From a virus (taxonomy: Duplodnaviria > Caudoviricetes), in IMG/VR virus record IMGVR_UViG_3300021091_000076, positions 1 to 62,146 of that record: a stretch of 62,146 bases of DNA; one strand, given 5' to 3'. Below the pieces are notes generated by a model that searched no databases, was not told the DNA's origin, and saw nothing but the letters and a program-made list of their open reading frames with translations. Position numbers and translations under genes: made by a program. Positions 10,001 through 18,947 of this stretch are shown one piece after another. The stretch's first letter is position 1. Every line of letters begins with the position of its first letter.

Positions 10001-13000
10001 TTACATTTGCTAATGGTAATTTTGTCGCAGTGTCCAGTGGAGGAACAGCAGCAGCATATTCGGTCAACGGACAAACATGGACTGCTGCTACTTTGCCTTC
10101 AAGCGCCGCATGGTCAGATGTGACTAGCGGACTGATCGGTTCGTCTTTTTATGTTATAGCTGTGTCAAGCGGGGGCACAGCGGCTGCTTTCTCAGCAGAC
10201 GGTGGTGTAGGTTGGACTGCAACAGGCGCATTGCCGGCTTCAAGTACTTGGAGCACCGTAGTTTATGGTAATTCTAGATTTATTGCAGTAGCTAGAGGTA
10301 CGACTAATGCTGCTTTATCAACGAACGGTACTAGTTGGACCTTAGTTACTTTACCAACTAGTGCTAACTGGAATTGTTCAGCATTTGGAGACGATACGTT
10401 TGTTGTAGTAGCGGACGGCGGAACACAATGCTTGACATCTTTTACAGGTGAAACCGGTTCTTGGACAGATCGAACATTGGCTAGCTCTGCTACATGGGAA
10501 GAAATTGCCTTCGGAAACTATTCAGGTATAGGTATATTTGCAGTAGTAGCCAGCGGTGGAACAGCAGCATTGAGTATATCATTAACTTCGGCCAATCATT
10601 CGTTAGCAGCAGGTCCATTTGTTATCACACAAGTACCTACTCCAACATCATTAAGATATCCTGCTAGAACAACAGGAACTATAAGCGTGTCAGCAGCACC
10701 TATTACCGGCGTTCTCAACGTTAGACCAGACAGCTTCTTTGTACATAGACCGTTTGATGGCGGTGTTCAATTAGGCACCGGCGGCCCAAGTCATTCTGCT
10801 CAATCGATTAGACAGAGTAAAAAATATATACGTTATCAATCAGGTAAGGGTGTTATGTACACCACCGGAGGATTGTTTGCTCCTAGTTATAATATTTCAG
10901 GTGCTACGGCAGCAGCTTTAGCAGTTAATAGTTTCATAACATTTACCTGTGATGACACCGATCATGGTTTACAACCCGGCGCCGTGGTTGAAATCATAGG
11001 ATGTACCAGTTTTGAATATAATGGCGAATATGTCATAGAAAGTATAGTGGATGCAAGACGTTTTAGGGTAAGAGCCCTAGTGGTATTAAGCACATTAACA
11101 GCCAGTTTAGGAGCAGAAGCCAAGGTTATATTAAAATACTGGCATGGATCAACTGTGAGAATTGGGGCGTTTGACGAACAAAACGGATTATTTTATCAAT
11201 ACGATGGCACGAGGCTGTCTGTAGTAAGACGTTCTAGCACTAACCAATTAACAGGCACAGTGGCATGCACTGTGGAAAGTAACTTAGTTACAGGTTCAGG
11301 AACAAGATTTCAAGATCAATTAAAGGCTGGAGATAAAGTAGTGATCAGAGGTATGAGTCATACTGTTACAAATGTTACCAGCCAAACATCCATGACTGTT
11401 GCACCTGACTGGAGAGGTGCTAACAACATATCTGGTGCGAAAATGGCCGTTACACAAGATTTCCTTGTACCACAAGAAGATTGGAATATAGATAGATTGG
11501 ATGGGACCGGCCCCAGCGGATATAACATATTACCGTGGCGTATGCAAATGTTAGGTATGCAATATTCTTGGTACGCTGTTGGATTTGTTGAATTCATGTT
11601 GCGTGGTGGAGATGGTAGATTTGTATTCTTACATAAATTCAGACATTCAAATGTAACCACAGAAGCATACATGAGAACAGCTAATTTGCCTGTAAGATAT
11701 GAAGTTGAAAATATCAGTGCTAAAAGCAAACTGATGGCTACCATAAATTCTGTAGCGCAGTCTATGACACTTCAAGACGCTTATTATTTTCCAACAAATG
11801 GCATCGTCTATGTAGACAATGAATTGATTTCTTATAGCGGTAAAAACGGAAATACTCTTACGAATCTAAGTAGAGCAGCATCTATGACTGCATTTACAGC
11901 AGGTCAAAATAGAACATTTACAGCAGGATCTGCAACAACTCATACAGTAGGAGTCGGTGTAATTTTAGTCAGTTGTACTTGCTCGCCTACTATTAGCCAT
12001 TGGGGATCGGCGTTATTGACAGACGGCATGTTCGATGAAGATAGAGGATATCTATTCAACTACGCTGCTACAGGTTTAAGCGCCAGTACAACCAAGCAGA
12101 CTGCATTTATGATTAGGTTAGCTCCTAGCGTGTCAAATGCTCTCACAGGTGACCTAGGTGAAAGAGATTTATTAAATAGAGCACAATTATTATTGGCTGA
12201 AATCGCTATTACAGCAGATACAGGCACAGGGGCTATCGTAGTAGAAGGAGTGTTAAATCCAAGAAACTATCCAGCTAATCCTGCTAACGTTATTTTTAAC
12301 GGATTATCTAGTTCGGGTGCAGGCGGCCAACCTAGCTTCGCACAGATCGCGCTAGGTGGTTCGGTAAACTGGGGCGGGACTCCTATCACAACTTCTACTG
12401 CTACTATCCAAGGAGCTTTGTCAAGTGCGTTTACAGCGATAGGAAATAGTACCGGCGGCACGACTTTTAGTAATGCATTTAGAAACGATCGAAATACATT
12501 TGTTCTTACCACAGCGGCTTTCGACATAAGCGGAATTCAAATTGGAGATTTGGTATCTAATGCTACATTCTTAGTGGGCGGTAGAACTATTATAAACATT
12601 CAAAGAAACGGTATAACGATTGGAGCGACACCTCATACTATCATTACCATGAGCTTGAACGCCAGCGCCACATCTGCGACAAATGCCAATCAAGTAATCA
12701 CAGTAACCGTTCCACAGACTGCTGCTAGCTATCCCAACACTAACTATCTGTTCTTTACCAACGCATCCTGGAACGCATCCGGAGCTGCGGTAGGTACTAG
12801 AGTAGCACCCGCATTCACACAATTTCCTGCGGGTACTTCCGTAGCTGCGGTTGTAACTAGGACTCTAGCAAATGTTACGATAAGACGTGTAACATTTACT
12901 CAGAACAGTAATGCAACATTATCTTCTGCAGCCACAGTTACTTTTGAATTTGGTGATCCTCAGTATGCATTGCCAGGAGAGCAGGTGTTTGCCTTTGTAA

Positions 13001-13182
13001 CAAACCCCGGTTCAACGACAGCGTTAAGTCTTTTAAACCTCAAAGAATTAACTACCACTGCTATAGGTGGCCGCGGAACATTTCCAAATGGTCCCGATGT
13101 ATTAGCTATTAATATTATTAAGGTTTCAGGAACTGCTACTCCGTGCTCGGTAGTTCTTCGTTGGGGAGAAGCCCAGGCTTAA
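7018..13182 (+). CDS. Large tail fibre or virion appendage protein (2054 aa)
   Basis: G/S/T-rich. Contains repeated GSGATFTV...GxxYxVGDR modules, HGL/HGF beta modules and about seven Asp-box-like SxDGxTW propeller repeats. Confidence 0.75.
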   Translation: MAKKQIKNYVFEPGISKDSNLYPNAVALLSANKAFLQAQVVAFINNQITNNISPYNGYTYAPEKCVRDVGYFIDAVIHDLRYGGNVKSRTVADYFWINGEPQIRGDVSPEIVGQQYLRDLINNFIFTNTTVTPTYGQTAVSQVKYTGQNAEAGTSARNTTLWDIFGTVIQNGIPAMPSKQPGVSCVKLQGKYDPSDILLITNTNTGQILYNFADSSNSITIELKNGRSSGDGNLLSDLDFPTWWQNNDCISIISLSTDTSALSTSTDIQIFVEEPYQTIRPWEFGTDAIERMRVAAPQAMLDADFEYGLQPTKWQALGLIRSYPSVYEVPGTDLSISAVTTDASTNTGGFGSSLITITTTGSHGFSVGTAITIKGLNTAVNGFSRAEGSFIIFSVPSSVTFTYYSSAKVGTTLGESLFTTFVQARQAAFFTGSAIGTPTFSVFSNGANSTVISKFDTPNGSLQIAFNGTSPTPGSPISGSPLIVPGSSISGVIGSGTITRNIAETVTPTDTSIELVTLAGVQQGMAIDDGLNNAVFINSISGNTLFLSNAVGQSYVGANGTNTGVSGSNINGIGSGATFTVTRSGGNYNVIDSGDSTYNGTNYAVGDRVKILGTDLGGTSPANDVTITVDSIDSGGAIQTFTATGTSISGGAVYINQTQSSTTGSGSGASLSVTRTGGTGAYSITLFNGGSSHNPGDIITFNGTLFGGDDGVNDIVITVDGVSFGTQAVVDFTINGSPVGATGNATYTSLPVTNIAVAGSGATFTIVRSGGSYSATVGVGNGGIDYLVGNRILILGTSLNGTSPSNDCTVTVTAASSGSILTATATGTPFEGNTIIVYPTMSISDAITGEIPDGTTLNVGAIATIQVDFASAHGLIPGTTVLSNVTSTPAPDFSSTNRILGSSGTWVGTAFNAGVFVAIRTGSSATNKSIDGQTWTAGGLMPSAANWVAVAGGTIGAVNYFMAIATGSNASCWSNDGGNTWTAATLPSSAAWSAITFANGNFVAVSSGGTAAAYSVNGQTWTAATLPSSAAWSDVTSGLIGSSFYVIAVSSGGTAAAFSADGGVGWTATGALPASSTWSTVVYGNSRFIAVARGTTNAALSTNGTSWTLVTLPTSANWNCSAFGDDTFVVVADGGTQCLTSFTGETGSWTDRTLASSATWEEIAFGNYSGIGIFAVVASGGTAALSISLTSANHSLAAGPFVITQVPTPTSLRYPARTTGTISVSAAPITGVLNVRPDSFFVHRPFDGGVQLGTGGPSHSAQSIRQSKKYIRYQSGKGVMYTTGGLFAPSYNISGATAAALAVNSFITFTCDDTDHGLQPGAVVEIIGCTSFEYNGEYVIESIVDARRFRVRALVVLSTLTASLGAEAKVILKYWHGSTVRIGAFDEQNGLFYQYDGTRLSVVRRSSTNQLTGTVACTVESNLVTGSGTRFQDQLKAGDKVVIRGMSHTVTNVTSQTSMTVAPDWRGANNISGAKMAVTQDFLVPQEDWNIDRLDGTGPSGYNILPWRMQMLGMQYSWYAVGFVEFMLRGGDGRFVFLHKFRHSNVTTEAYMRTANLPVRYEVENISAKSKLMATINSVAQSMTLQDAYYFPTNGIVYVDNELISYSGKNGNTLTNLSRAASMTAFTAGQNRTFTAGSATTHTVGVGVILVSCTCSPTISHWGSALLTDGMFDEDRGYLFNYAATGLSASTTKQTAFMIRLAPSVSNALTGDLGERDLLNRAQLLLAEIAITADTGTGAIVVEGVLNPRNYPANPANVIFNGLSSSGAGGQPSFAQIALGGSVNWGGTPITTSTATIQGALSSAFTAIGNSTGGTTFSNAFRNDRNTFVLTTAAFDISGIQIGDLVSNATFLVGGRTIINIQRNGITIGATPHTIITMSLNASATSATNANQVITVTVPQTAASYPNTNYLFFTNASWNASGAAVGTRVAPAFTQFPAGTSVAAVVTRTLANVTIRRVTFTQNSNATLSSAATVTFEFGDPQYALPGEQVFAFVTNPGSTTALSLLNLKELTTTAIGGRGTFPNGPDVLAINIIKVSGTATPCSVVLRWGEAQA
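9955..10117 (+). repeat. Exact 43-bp direct repeat (9955-9997 and 10075-10117)
   Basis: ACATGGACTGCTGCTACTTTGCCTTCAAGCGCCGCATGGTCAG occurs twice, 120 nt apart, encoding TWTAATLPSSAAWS. Confidence 0.9.
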
Positions 13183-13459
13183 CAATAAATTTAGAACGTT
13201 TCCACATATCGATCTTAGAATCTAAAGATTTTTTGATCGATATGATGTTTGCTCTAATGTCAGTTATTTCAGTAGGAATCCTACCGCTGACCAATAGCTG
13301 TTGGTGATTCTTATCTATATAGCCAACCTGTTCTTTTAGCCTACCTAAAAGTATATTAAGTTCAGATCTTAAAGATTGATCAGTGATGTCACTGATGTCT
13401 TTTGCATAACGATTAAAATCTTCTATAAATTTTTGATTAGTCATTAACGATGGGATCAT
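13136..13459 (-). CDS. Hypothetical protein
   Basis: 107-aa helical ORF coupled to the upstream gene. Its 3' end overlaps the end of the fibre gene. Confidence 0.6.
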   Translation of the reverse strand: MIPSLMTNQKFIEDFNRYAKDISDITDQSLRSELNILLGRLKEQVGYIDKNHQQLLVSGRIPTEITDIRANIISIKKSLDSKIDMWKRSKFIVKPGLLPNEELPSTE

Positions 13460-13829
13460 TTTCTAGCACCAATATAGTTTCTAATTTTGCTCTAATAAGC
13501 TGATTATTTAATGTTGTTTTAAGACCTGTGTGTAAATTCTTTGGTAATTCATTTATGTTAGCCCAACAGATCGTTTGATTTTTATCTGCGAAAAATTCAT
13601 CTTCTACTAAACATACATATGTTCCATATTCGAATCCTCTATCTTCGCTAAGATATAATTCTATAGGCAAAAGTCTACCTGTTGAATATTGTTTTAACAA
13701 AGATTTAGAATCATCAAGCAATGATGATGATCTAGGAAATGTAGGAACCGTCCACTTTTCGTCTTCTAGGATCAAAAAAATGCGATTACTTTTTTTCGCA
13801 AGAAATAATAAACCGGCACGCTGTTGCAT
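13437..13829 (-). CDS. Degenerate NUDIX-fold protein
   Basis: RAGLLFLA...W, FEYGTYVCLVEDEF and W...LPKNLHTGL pattern. No intact Nudix box. Preceded by TAAGTA-N5-ATG. Confidence 0.55.
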   Translation of the reverse strand: MQQRAGLLFLAKKSNRIFLILEDEKWTVPTFPRSSSLLDDSKSLLKQYSTGRLLPIELYLSEDRGFEYGTYVCLVEDEFFADKNQTICWANINELPKNLHTGLKTTLNNQLIRAKLETILVLENDPIVND

Positions 13830-13837
13830 ACCTTTAC

Positions 13838-15460
13838 TTATAGCGGATCTAGATTAAATCTCCAATATCCTGACGCATATTCGCCCTCAAAGCTCTTATA
13901 CCAACTACCATCACCGCTCCAACGATATTGTATCCCGGTTTTTAAATTTTGGAAAAGCAAACTTATTTCTGTAAATTTTGGATTTTCTTCAGGAATTACT
14001 GTATTATCTAATTCGTTTATATTGGCTAATGCTCGGTAAACCGTACCATCAAATATAACTATATCTCCTTGAGAATAGACAATACCGCTACCTACAGGGT
14101 ACGATGAAATTTCCCATAAAGGTAAAAGATCTATCCATTGATTACCATCCCATTCTACTATAGTATTGGCTCTTATAACAGGATCAGATCCATCGATATT
14201 TTTCCAACTATAAGGACCATCGTAGGGATACGAAGGCGATGGATCAGTGTTTCCTCCTACGTTAGGACTGTTGTTTACATCATCTAAAACAAGATATCTA
14301 GTGCCTACAACTACTGTTTGATCCGTTTCCTCTTTGTTGGGCCTTCTTGGATTGAATTTGTAAGGATCAACGATGGCATCTACGGTGGTTCTACCATTAG
14401 GATAAACAGAACTATAGATAATAGTGTTAGACGGTTTGTCTTCTATGCTAACTAATAAAAATGTTGGATCTACTTCGTTGACTACAAAAGTGCCTTCTAT
14501 CTCAGATCCGTCTGCCTGTAAGAAATAAATCTTGCTGATTCCGGGAACATATCCGCCGTAGATATCTAGAACTTTAGCCCAATCGATTCTATCTCCAGTT
14601 TTTGTTGGAGGTTCGATGCCAGTTTCTTGTATGACTTCAGCCGGACTGACGATGCTACAATCATAGTCATTGTCATTACCGTTGTCGCTTTTGAGCAGTA
14701 ACAGCCTCCACTTACCTTCAACATTGGGTAATCTAACACTAGCATCTCCACCATATATTAAATCATCTAGGGCCAAAACATCCCCGGTATCTGAAAATAC
14801 ATTCATGATTAAATTGCGAACAACTCCTAGTTTTTTGACCTTAGCAGGAGGACTTATGTATATAGGCATTTCGAATTCCATACTGCAAATATCTATGTCG
14901 CTTTCCGTTCCGACCGGGATAGTTCGTGAACTAAAATTCAACGAAACGAGATTTAAAACACTAAGACTAGTCCAATCTATGTAATTGTCTGTGGTTTGTA
15001 TTTCTAAACTAGGATTAAACAAAACTAATATCTGCTCTGTAAGTTGAAGTTTTTGATCGGTGTTAGACGTCCAGATATCAGCCTTCATTTTTAACTTAAA
15101 CGGAGTAGGCATAAGTCGTTCTACGGTATATCCACCTCCCTGAACACTCTTGTATTCAATTTCTCCGTCTACTTCTTCCCAAGCACGTTCACGTATGTTA
15201 AGTTTACTAACAAACGTAGCATCCGATAATCTGCTGGTGTCCATTTCTAATCCTGTAATATAACAAGATATTCTTGGCACCGTGGGCATTTTATTTTCTG
15301 AATTTTCTTTAATTATACTGGCCACTTGCCTAGTCATATCGCCGTACATCACGGGCACATGACGCAATGCTCCGTCACCGGTTTTATATTTGAAACCGAT
15401 AAACACTCTCATAAATTGAGTAACATATCGGCGTATCTGGCCGTCGTAGAAAAAATCCAT
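13838..15460 (-). CDS. gp15: Tail sheath stabiliser/terminator (T4 gp15-like) with a long C-terminal extension
   Basis: FFYDGQIRRYVTQF, VPVMYG, PRIS, PTPFKL and QLTEQILVLFNP motifs. Adjacent to the neck genes. Confidence 0.75.
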   Translation of the reverse strand: MDFFYDGQIRRYVTQFMRVFIGFKYKTGDGALRHVPVMYGDMTRQVASIIKENSENKMPTVPRISCYITGLEMDTSRLSDATFVSKLNIRERAWEEVDGEIEYKSVQGGGYTVERLMPTPFKLKMKADIWTSNTDQKLQLTEQILVLFNPSLEIQTTDNYIDWTSLSVLNLVSLNFSSRTIPVGTESDIDICSMEFEMPIYISPPAKVKKLGVVRNLIMNVFSDTGDVLALDDLIYGGDASVRLPNVEGKWRLLLLKSDNGNDNDYDCSIVSPAEVIQETGIEPPTKTGDRIDWAKVLDIYGGYVPGISKIYFLQADGSEIEGTFVVNEVDPTFLLVSIEDKPSNTIIYSSVYPNGRTTVDAIVDPYKFNPRRPNKEETDQTVVVGTRYLVLDDVNNSPNVGGNTDPSPSYPYDGPYSWKNIDGSDPVIRANTIVEWDGNQWIDLLPLWEISSYPVGSGIVYSQGDIVIFDGTVYRALANINELDNTVIPEENPKFTEISLLFQNLKTGIQYRWSGDGSWYKSFEGEYASGYWRFNLDPL

Positions 15461-16725
15461 TATTCGTCTGCCTTAGGTCTAAGAGCTTTACTTAGACTCT
15501 GTTTTTCTTTAATTGGTTTACCGTTGATGGTATTTACGTTTGGATTATTGATGAATGTAGTTTTTTGTGTTAAACGAACATCTTTGTCTAAAAATACATT
15601 GTCTGGACTTCCTCCGTCAGCAACATCCTCATATCCCATATTACTCATAGTCATTCTTGTAACATCTTCCACTTTAGCCCACCTTGTTCCTGTAAATCTA
15701 AATAGCCTCTTAGGCAAATAATCTGTACGTAAATGGTATTGTCCTTCTGTAGGTTGTAGCGGAAATGCGATCCCAGCAGTAAAAGGAGCCCCATTAGGCG
15801 GTATTCCGTCGCCATCTCCTATAGCAGGACCATCATAATCTGGACTTTGGTATATAGTAGATGCTGTAGATCCTACATAAACAGGATTACCATCGGCATC
15901 GCTGAGAGGGTTACCATCTGCATCTGTAGCTCTAGTTTGTACACTTGCATCTAAAGACTGGCTATCAACTGTGACTAACTCAGGTTTTCCTTCGCTGTCT
16001 TTTTGCAGCATGTAATGTCGAGTTGTATCGTATCCGCTTCTAGGAGAATCTGATTCGGCTTGATCTAAAACAGCTTGAGTGATCTGCATCTCTTTTTCAT
16101 AGGTGCTCATTATATCTCTGAGACTCTGATCACTACCTTCACCTGCCGCAAGATCTAATATTTCTTTAAATTCTTGGCTATCAACAAGAGGTTTACATTT
16201 AGCTCTATATAGATGAGGATACCACGTTACAGAAAATCCTTCTGCTGCTCTAGTTACTTCTTCGATCACATAAAATCTTTTAAGTGCAAATTGCAAATCG
16301 TTAAGAGCATACTCATCTTTAAGGTGAGGTAATTCTATAACGTCCCCAGAAATTAATTTTCTACCAATTTTTTCCACGGTGTCTGTGATGTGAAATGTTA
16401 TAAAAATAGTATCGTTTTGTAAAAATAATCCAAATTGACTAAGGTTAAAATCAGTATCCTGTATGTTGTAAACACCTCGCAAAAGATAAACATCTTTGTC
16501 ATATTTCCTATCTCTATTTTCTAGAAATAATAGATCTTGTATATTATTAACACTATTAGATGCGTATGTAGGTGTTGCAGGCGTTTCCTCTATGCTAGAT
16601 CCGGGACCTAGATATTTGTGAATAAAAACATCAGTTCCGCCCACTTGAAACATTTCCCAGGCGGTTTTATCTATGAATTTAAAATCATTGCCCTTTTCCG
16701 GGCGATAGAGCGAAAGTCTTGGCAT
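15460..16725 (-). CDS. gp14: Neck or head-closure protein (T4 gp14-like)
   Basis: LSQFGLFLQNDTIFITFH and GDVIELPH motifs. Start revised to MPRLSLY at 16725, behind a late box. Confidence 0.7.
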   Translation of the reverse strand: MPRLSLYRPEKGNDFKFIDKTAWEMFQVGGTDVFIHKYLGPGSSIEETPATPTYASNSVNNIQDLLFLENRDRKYDKDVYLLRGVYNIQDTDFNLSQFGLFLQNDTIFITFHITDTVEKIGRKLISGDVIELPHLKDEYALNDLQFALKRFYVIEEVTRAAEGFSVTWYPHLYRAKCKPLVDSQEFKEILDLAAGEGSDQSLRDIMSTYEKEMQITQAVLDQAESDSPRSGYDTTRHYMLQKDSEGKPELVTVDSQSLDASVQTRATDADGNPLSDADGNPVYVGSTASTIYQSPDYDGPAIGDGDGIPPNGAPFTAGIAFPLQPTEGQYHLRTDYLPKRLFRFTGTRWAKVEDVTRMTMSNMGYEDVADGGSPDNVFLDKDVRLTQKTTFINNPNVNTINGKPIKEKQSLSKALRPKADE

Positions 16726-16732
16726 AGTAGTA

Positions 16733-16753
16733 TATTTACCGCTACGATAAATA
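16733..16753. promoter_or_regulatory. Back-to-back late promoters for the gp14 (-) and gp13 (+) genes
   Basis: TATTTA(16733-16738)-CCGCTACGA-TAAATA(16748-16753). The ATGs are 7 nt and 5 nt away. Confidence 0.75.
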
Positions 16754-16758
16754 CTTGT

Positions 16759-17517
16759 ATGAGCCAAATTGACCAAGCCCGCCAAAAAGTCTACGAGTAC
16801 TGTAAAGCCATGCTAGGCGACGGTATGATCGACATAGAACTAGATCCTATACATTTTCAAACTGCTGTAGATAGAGCTCTTGGAGTTTTTCGCCAACGCA
16901 GTGACAATGCAGTAGAGGAAAGTTATGCATTTTTGACATTAAACGAAAATCAGAACGAATATGTATTGCCCAAAGAAATACAACAAGTTCGTCAAATTTT
17001 TAGACGCAGCGTCGGTTCTAGAACAGGCAACGGATCGGGAGGCACAGTATTTGAACCTTTTAATTTAGCCTATACTAATACCTATTTGTTGTCGTCGACA
17101 AACATGGGCGGACTTTTAACCTATGAATTATTCAGCGGTTATCAAGAGTTAATAGGCAAGATGTTTGGTAGTTTTATTAATTTTACATGGCAACCTCAAA
17201 GTCGTAAACTTATGATTCAACAGCGTCCTAGAGGTAGTGAAGAAGTATTACTATGGGTATATAATACCAAACCAGACTTTGCGATCATAGAAGACACCTA
17301 TGCAGGACAATGGATCAAAGACTACAGCCTAGCTAACTGTAAAATCATGCTAGGACAGGCTAGAGAAAAATTTGCCAGTATTGCAGGACCACAGGGAGGA
17401 ACAGCTCTTAACGGAGCATCCATGAAATCAGAAGGTCAAGCTGATCTAGACAGACTGACAGATGAATTAATGAAATTAGTTCCGGGAGGCCAAGGATATA
17501 CCTGGATCATAGGATGA
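16759..17517 (+). CDS. gp13: Neck protein (T4 gp13-like)
   Basis: LGDGMIDIEL and WIKDYSLANCKIMLGQAREKF...GPQGGTALNG motifs. Start revised to 16759. Confidence 0.8.
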   Translation: MSQIDQARQKVYEYCKAMLGDGMIDIELDPIHFQTAVDRALGVFRQRSDNAVEESYAFLTLNENQNEYVLPKEIQQVRQIFRRSVGSRTGNGSGGTVFEPFNLAYTNTYLLSSTNMGGLLTYELFSGYQELIGKMFGSFINFTWQPQSRKLMIQQRPRGSEEVLLWVYNTKPDFAIIEDTYAGQWIKDYSLANCKIMLGQAREKFASIAGPQGGTALNGASMKSEGQADLDRLTDELMKLVPGGQGYTWIIG

Positions 17518-17852
17518 AAGCTTCTGAATTTATTTTTGAATCTGATGAGGAATTCTATACGGAAAGTGCCAAAATGGTCTGGGGAGTAGGTAAACACACT
17601 GCCAGAACCGGAAAGACTAAACTGAAATTTCGTTGCACCACTGGTCCCAGAGCAGGTCGCCAGGTCAGTCATCCCAACAAATGCCACCAGCCCATGGACG
17701 TGGCACAGGCACAGCGCATGAAGACCACAAGAGCTCGTACCAAAACACAAGCAGCTCGCAGGACCCAGAGAACCAAATCTATCAATACTGCCAGCGTATT
17801 AGCCAATCGCCTTAACACAGGCAAACCAAAAACACCAAAACCATATTATTAA
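17514..17852 (+). CDS. Small basic protein, possibly head-internal
   Basis: MKASEFIFE N-terminus, then a K/R-rich body with FRCTTGPRAGRQV. Confidence 0.6.
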   Translation: MKASEFIFESDEEFYTESAKMVWGVGKHTARTGKTKLKFRCTTGPRAGRQVSHPNKCHQPMDVAQAQRMKTTRARTKTQAARRTQRTKSINTASVLANRLNTGKPKTPKPYY

Positions 17853-17855
17853 AGG

Positions 17856-17884
17856 TTGATTCTCGCTGCCGGATCTGTTATAAT
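17856..17884 (+). promoter_or_regulatory. sigma70-type promoter of the dNMP kinase gene
   Basis: TTGATT-17 nt-TATAAT with a TGn extension. GGAG RBS downstream. Confidence 0.75.
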
Positions 17885-17904
17885 GTTCTTAATTGGAGAA
17901 TATT

Positions 17905-18594
17905 ATGATCATAGGTATTTGCGGATTCATCGGCAGCGGCAAGGACACAATCGCCGACTATCTTGTAAACTTTCACGAATTTAGGCGAGAGAGCTTCGCC
18001 AATACATTAAAGGATGCAGTAAGTTCTGTGTTCGGTTGGGACAGGACCATGCTAGAAGGGCGTACCAAAGCTGCCCGAGAGTGGCGAGAACAAGTAGATC
18101 CGTGGTGGGCCGAGCGTCTAGACATGCCCACACTTACTCCACGTTGGGTTCTACAGTACTGGGGCACAGAGGTCTGCCGTAAAGGATTTCATGACGACAT
18201 TTGGATCGCGTCATTAGAAAATAAACTCAGAAGTAGCAAAGATTCTGTGGTTATTTCAGATTGTCGTTTCCCCAATGAGATTTTAAGTATCCGAAATACA
18301 GGCGGAAAGATCTTATGGGTAAAAAGAGGATCTTTGCCAGATTGGTACGAATATGCAATGGCCGCTAATCAACTAGGAAGTAATCTTGCTCATAACGAAT
18401 TAAAAAAATTAAAAATACATGCTTCAGAAACTGCATGGGTCGGTACTGATTTCGATCATATTATAGAAAATGACGGCTCTATTGACGATCTTTATAATCA
18501 GGTAAAATTAATAATCAGCAATGAGATCACCTTGCCTCCAGGAGATGCCTTCCTTGCCAAGGATCTGAGCACAGTTACAGCAGACGGTTTTTAG
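17905..18594 (+). CDS. gp1: Deoxynucleoside monophosphate kinase (T4 gp1-like)
   Basis: IIGICGFIGSGKDT P-loop, TPRWVLQYWGTE, ISDCRFPNE and HASE motifs. Confidence 0.9.
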   Translation: MIIGICGFIGSGKDTIADYLVNFHEFRRESFANTLKDAVSSVFGWDRTMLEGRTKAAREWREQVDPWWAERLDMPTLTPRWVLQYWGTEVCRKGFHDDIWIASLENKLRSSKDSVVISDCRFPNEILSIRNTGGKILWVKRGSLPDWYEYAMAANQLGSNLAHNELKKLKIHASETAWVGTDFDHIIENDGSIDDLYNQVKLIISNEITLPPGDAFLAKDLSTVTADGF

Positions 18595-18843
18595 ATTGTT
18601 ATGACGGCAATTATCTAGATTGCCGTCAATATGAAATACTCTAAAAATTTCTCTGTGAGTACTTTTGATTCCACATTTATCGCATAGATTTTTCATTTTG
18701 TATCCTGCTCTCTGCCATCTAGGTATTCCGTATCCTATTCCATGTGCCATGCAGATTTCGCACAGACTTCTATAATAGATTCTGTTATTTTTCTTATAAT
18801 TAATAGCCTTAGGCCTTTGCCCACACTTACAAAGCGGTCTCAT
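18508..18843 (-). CDS. Zn-binding HNH-motif protein
   Basis: CxC and CxxC pairs plus HIDGNLDNCRHNNLKTVCCNC. Preceded by TAAATA-N5-ATG. Confidence 0.7.
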   Translation of the reverse strand: MRPLCKCGQRPKAINYKKNNRIYYRSLCEICMAHGIGYGIPRWQRAGYKMKNLCDKCGIKSTHREIFRVFHIDGNLDNCRHNNLKTVCCNCAQILGKEGISWRQGDLIADY

Positions 18844-18848
18844 GCAAA

Positions 18849-18916
18849 TATTTACACCTTTTTAACCCCTTTTTCTCCTAGTATAAGTGGCTCTTTTTTA
18901 AACTTACCGCTAAATA
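18849..18916. promoter_or_regulatory. Divergent late promoter boxes (HNH gene on -, sheath on +)
   Basis: TATTTA at 18849-18854 and TAAATA at 18911-18916. AGGAG RBS before the sheath ATG. Confidence 0.65.
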
Positions 18917-18947
18917 ATATGAGCAACTATTACCAGGAGAATAAGTA

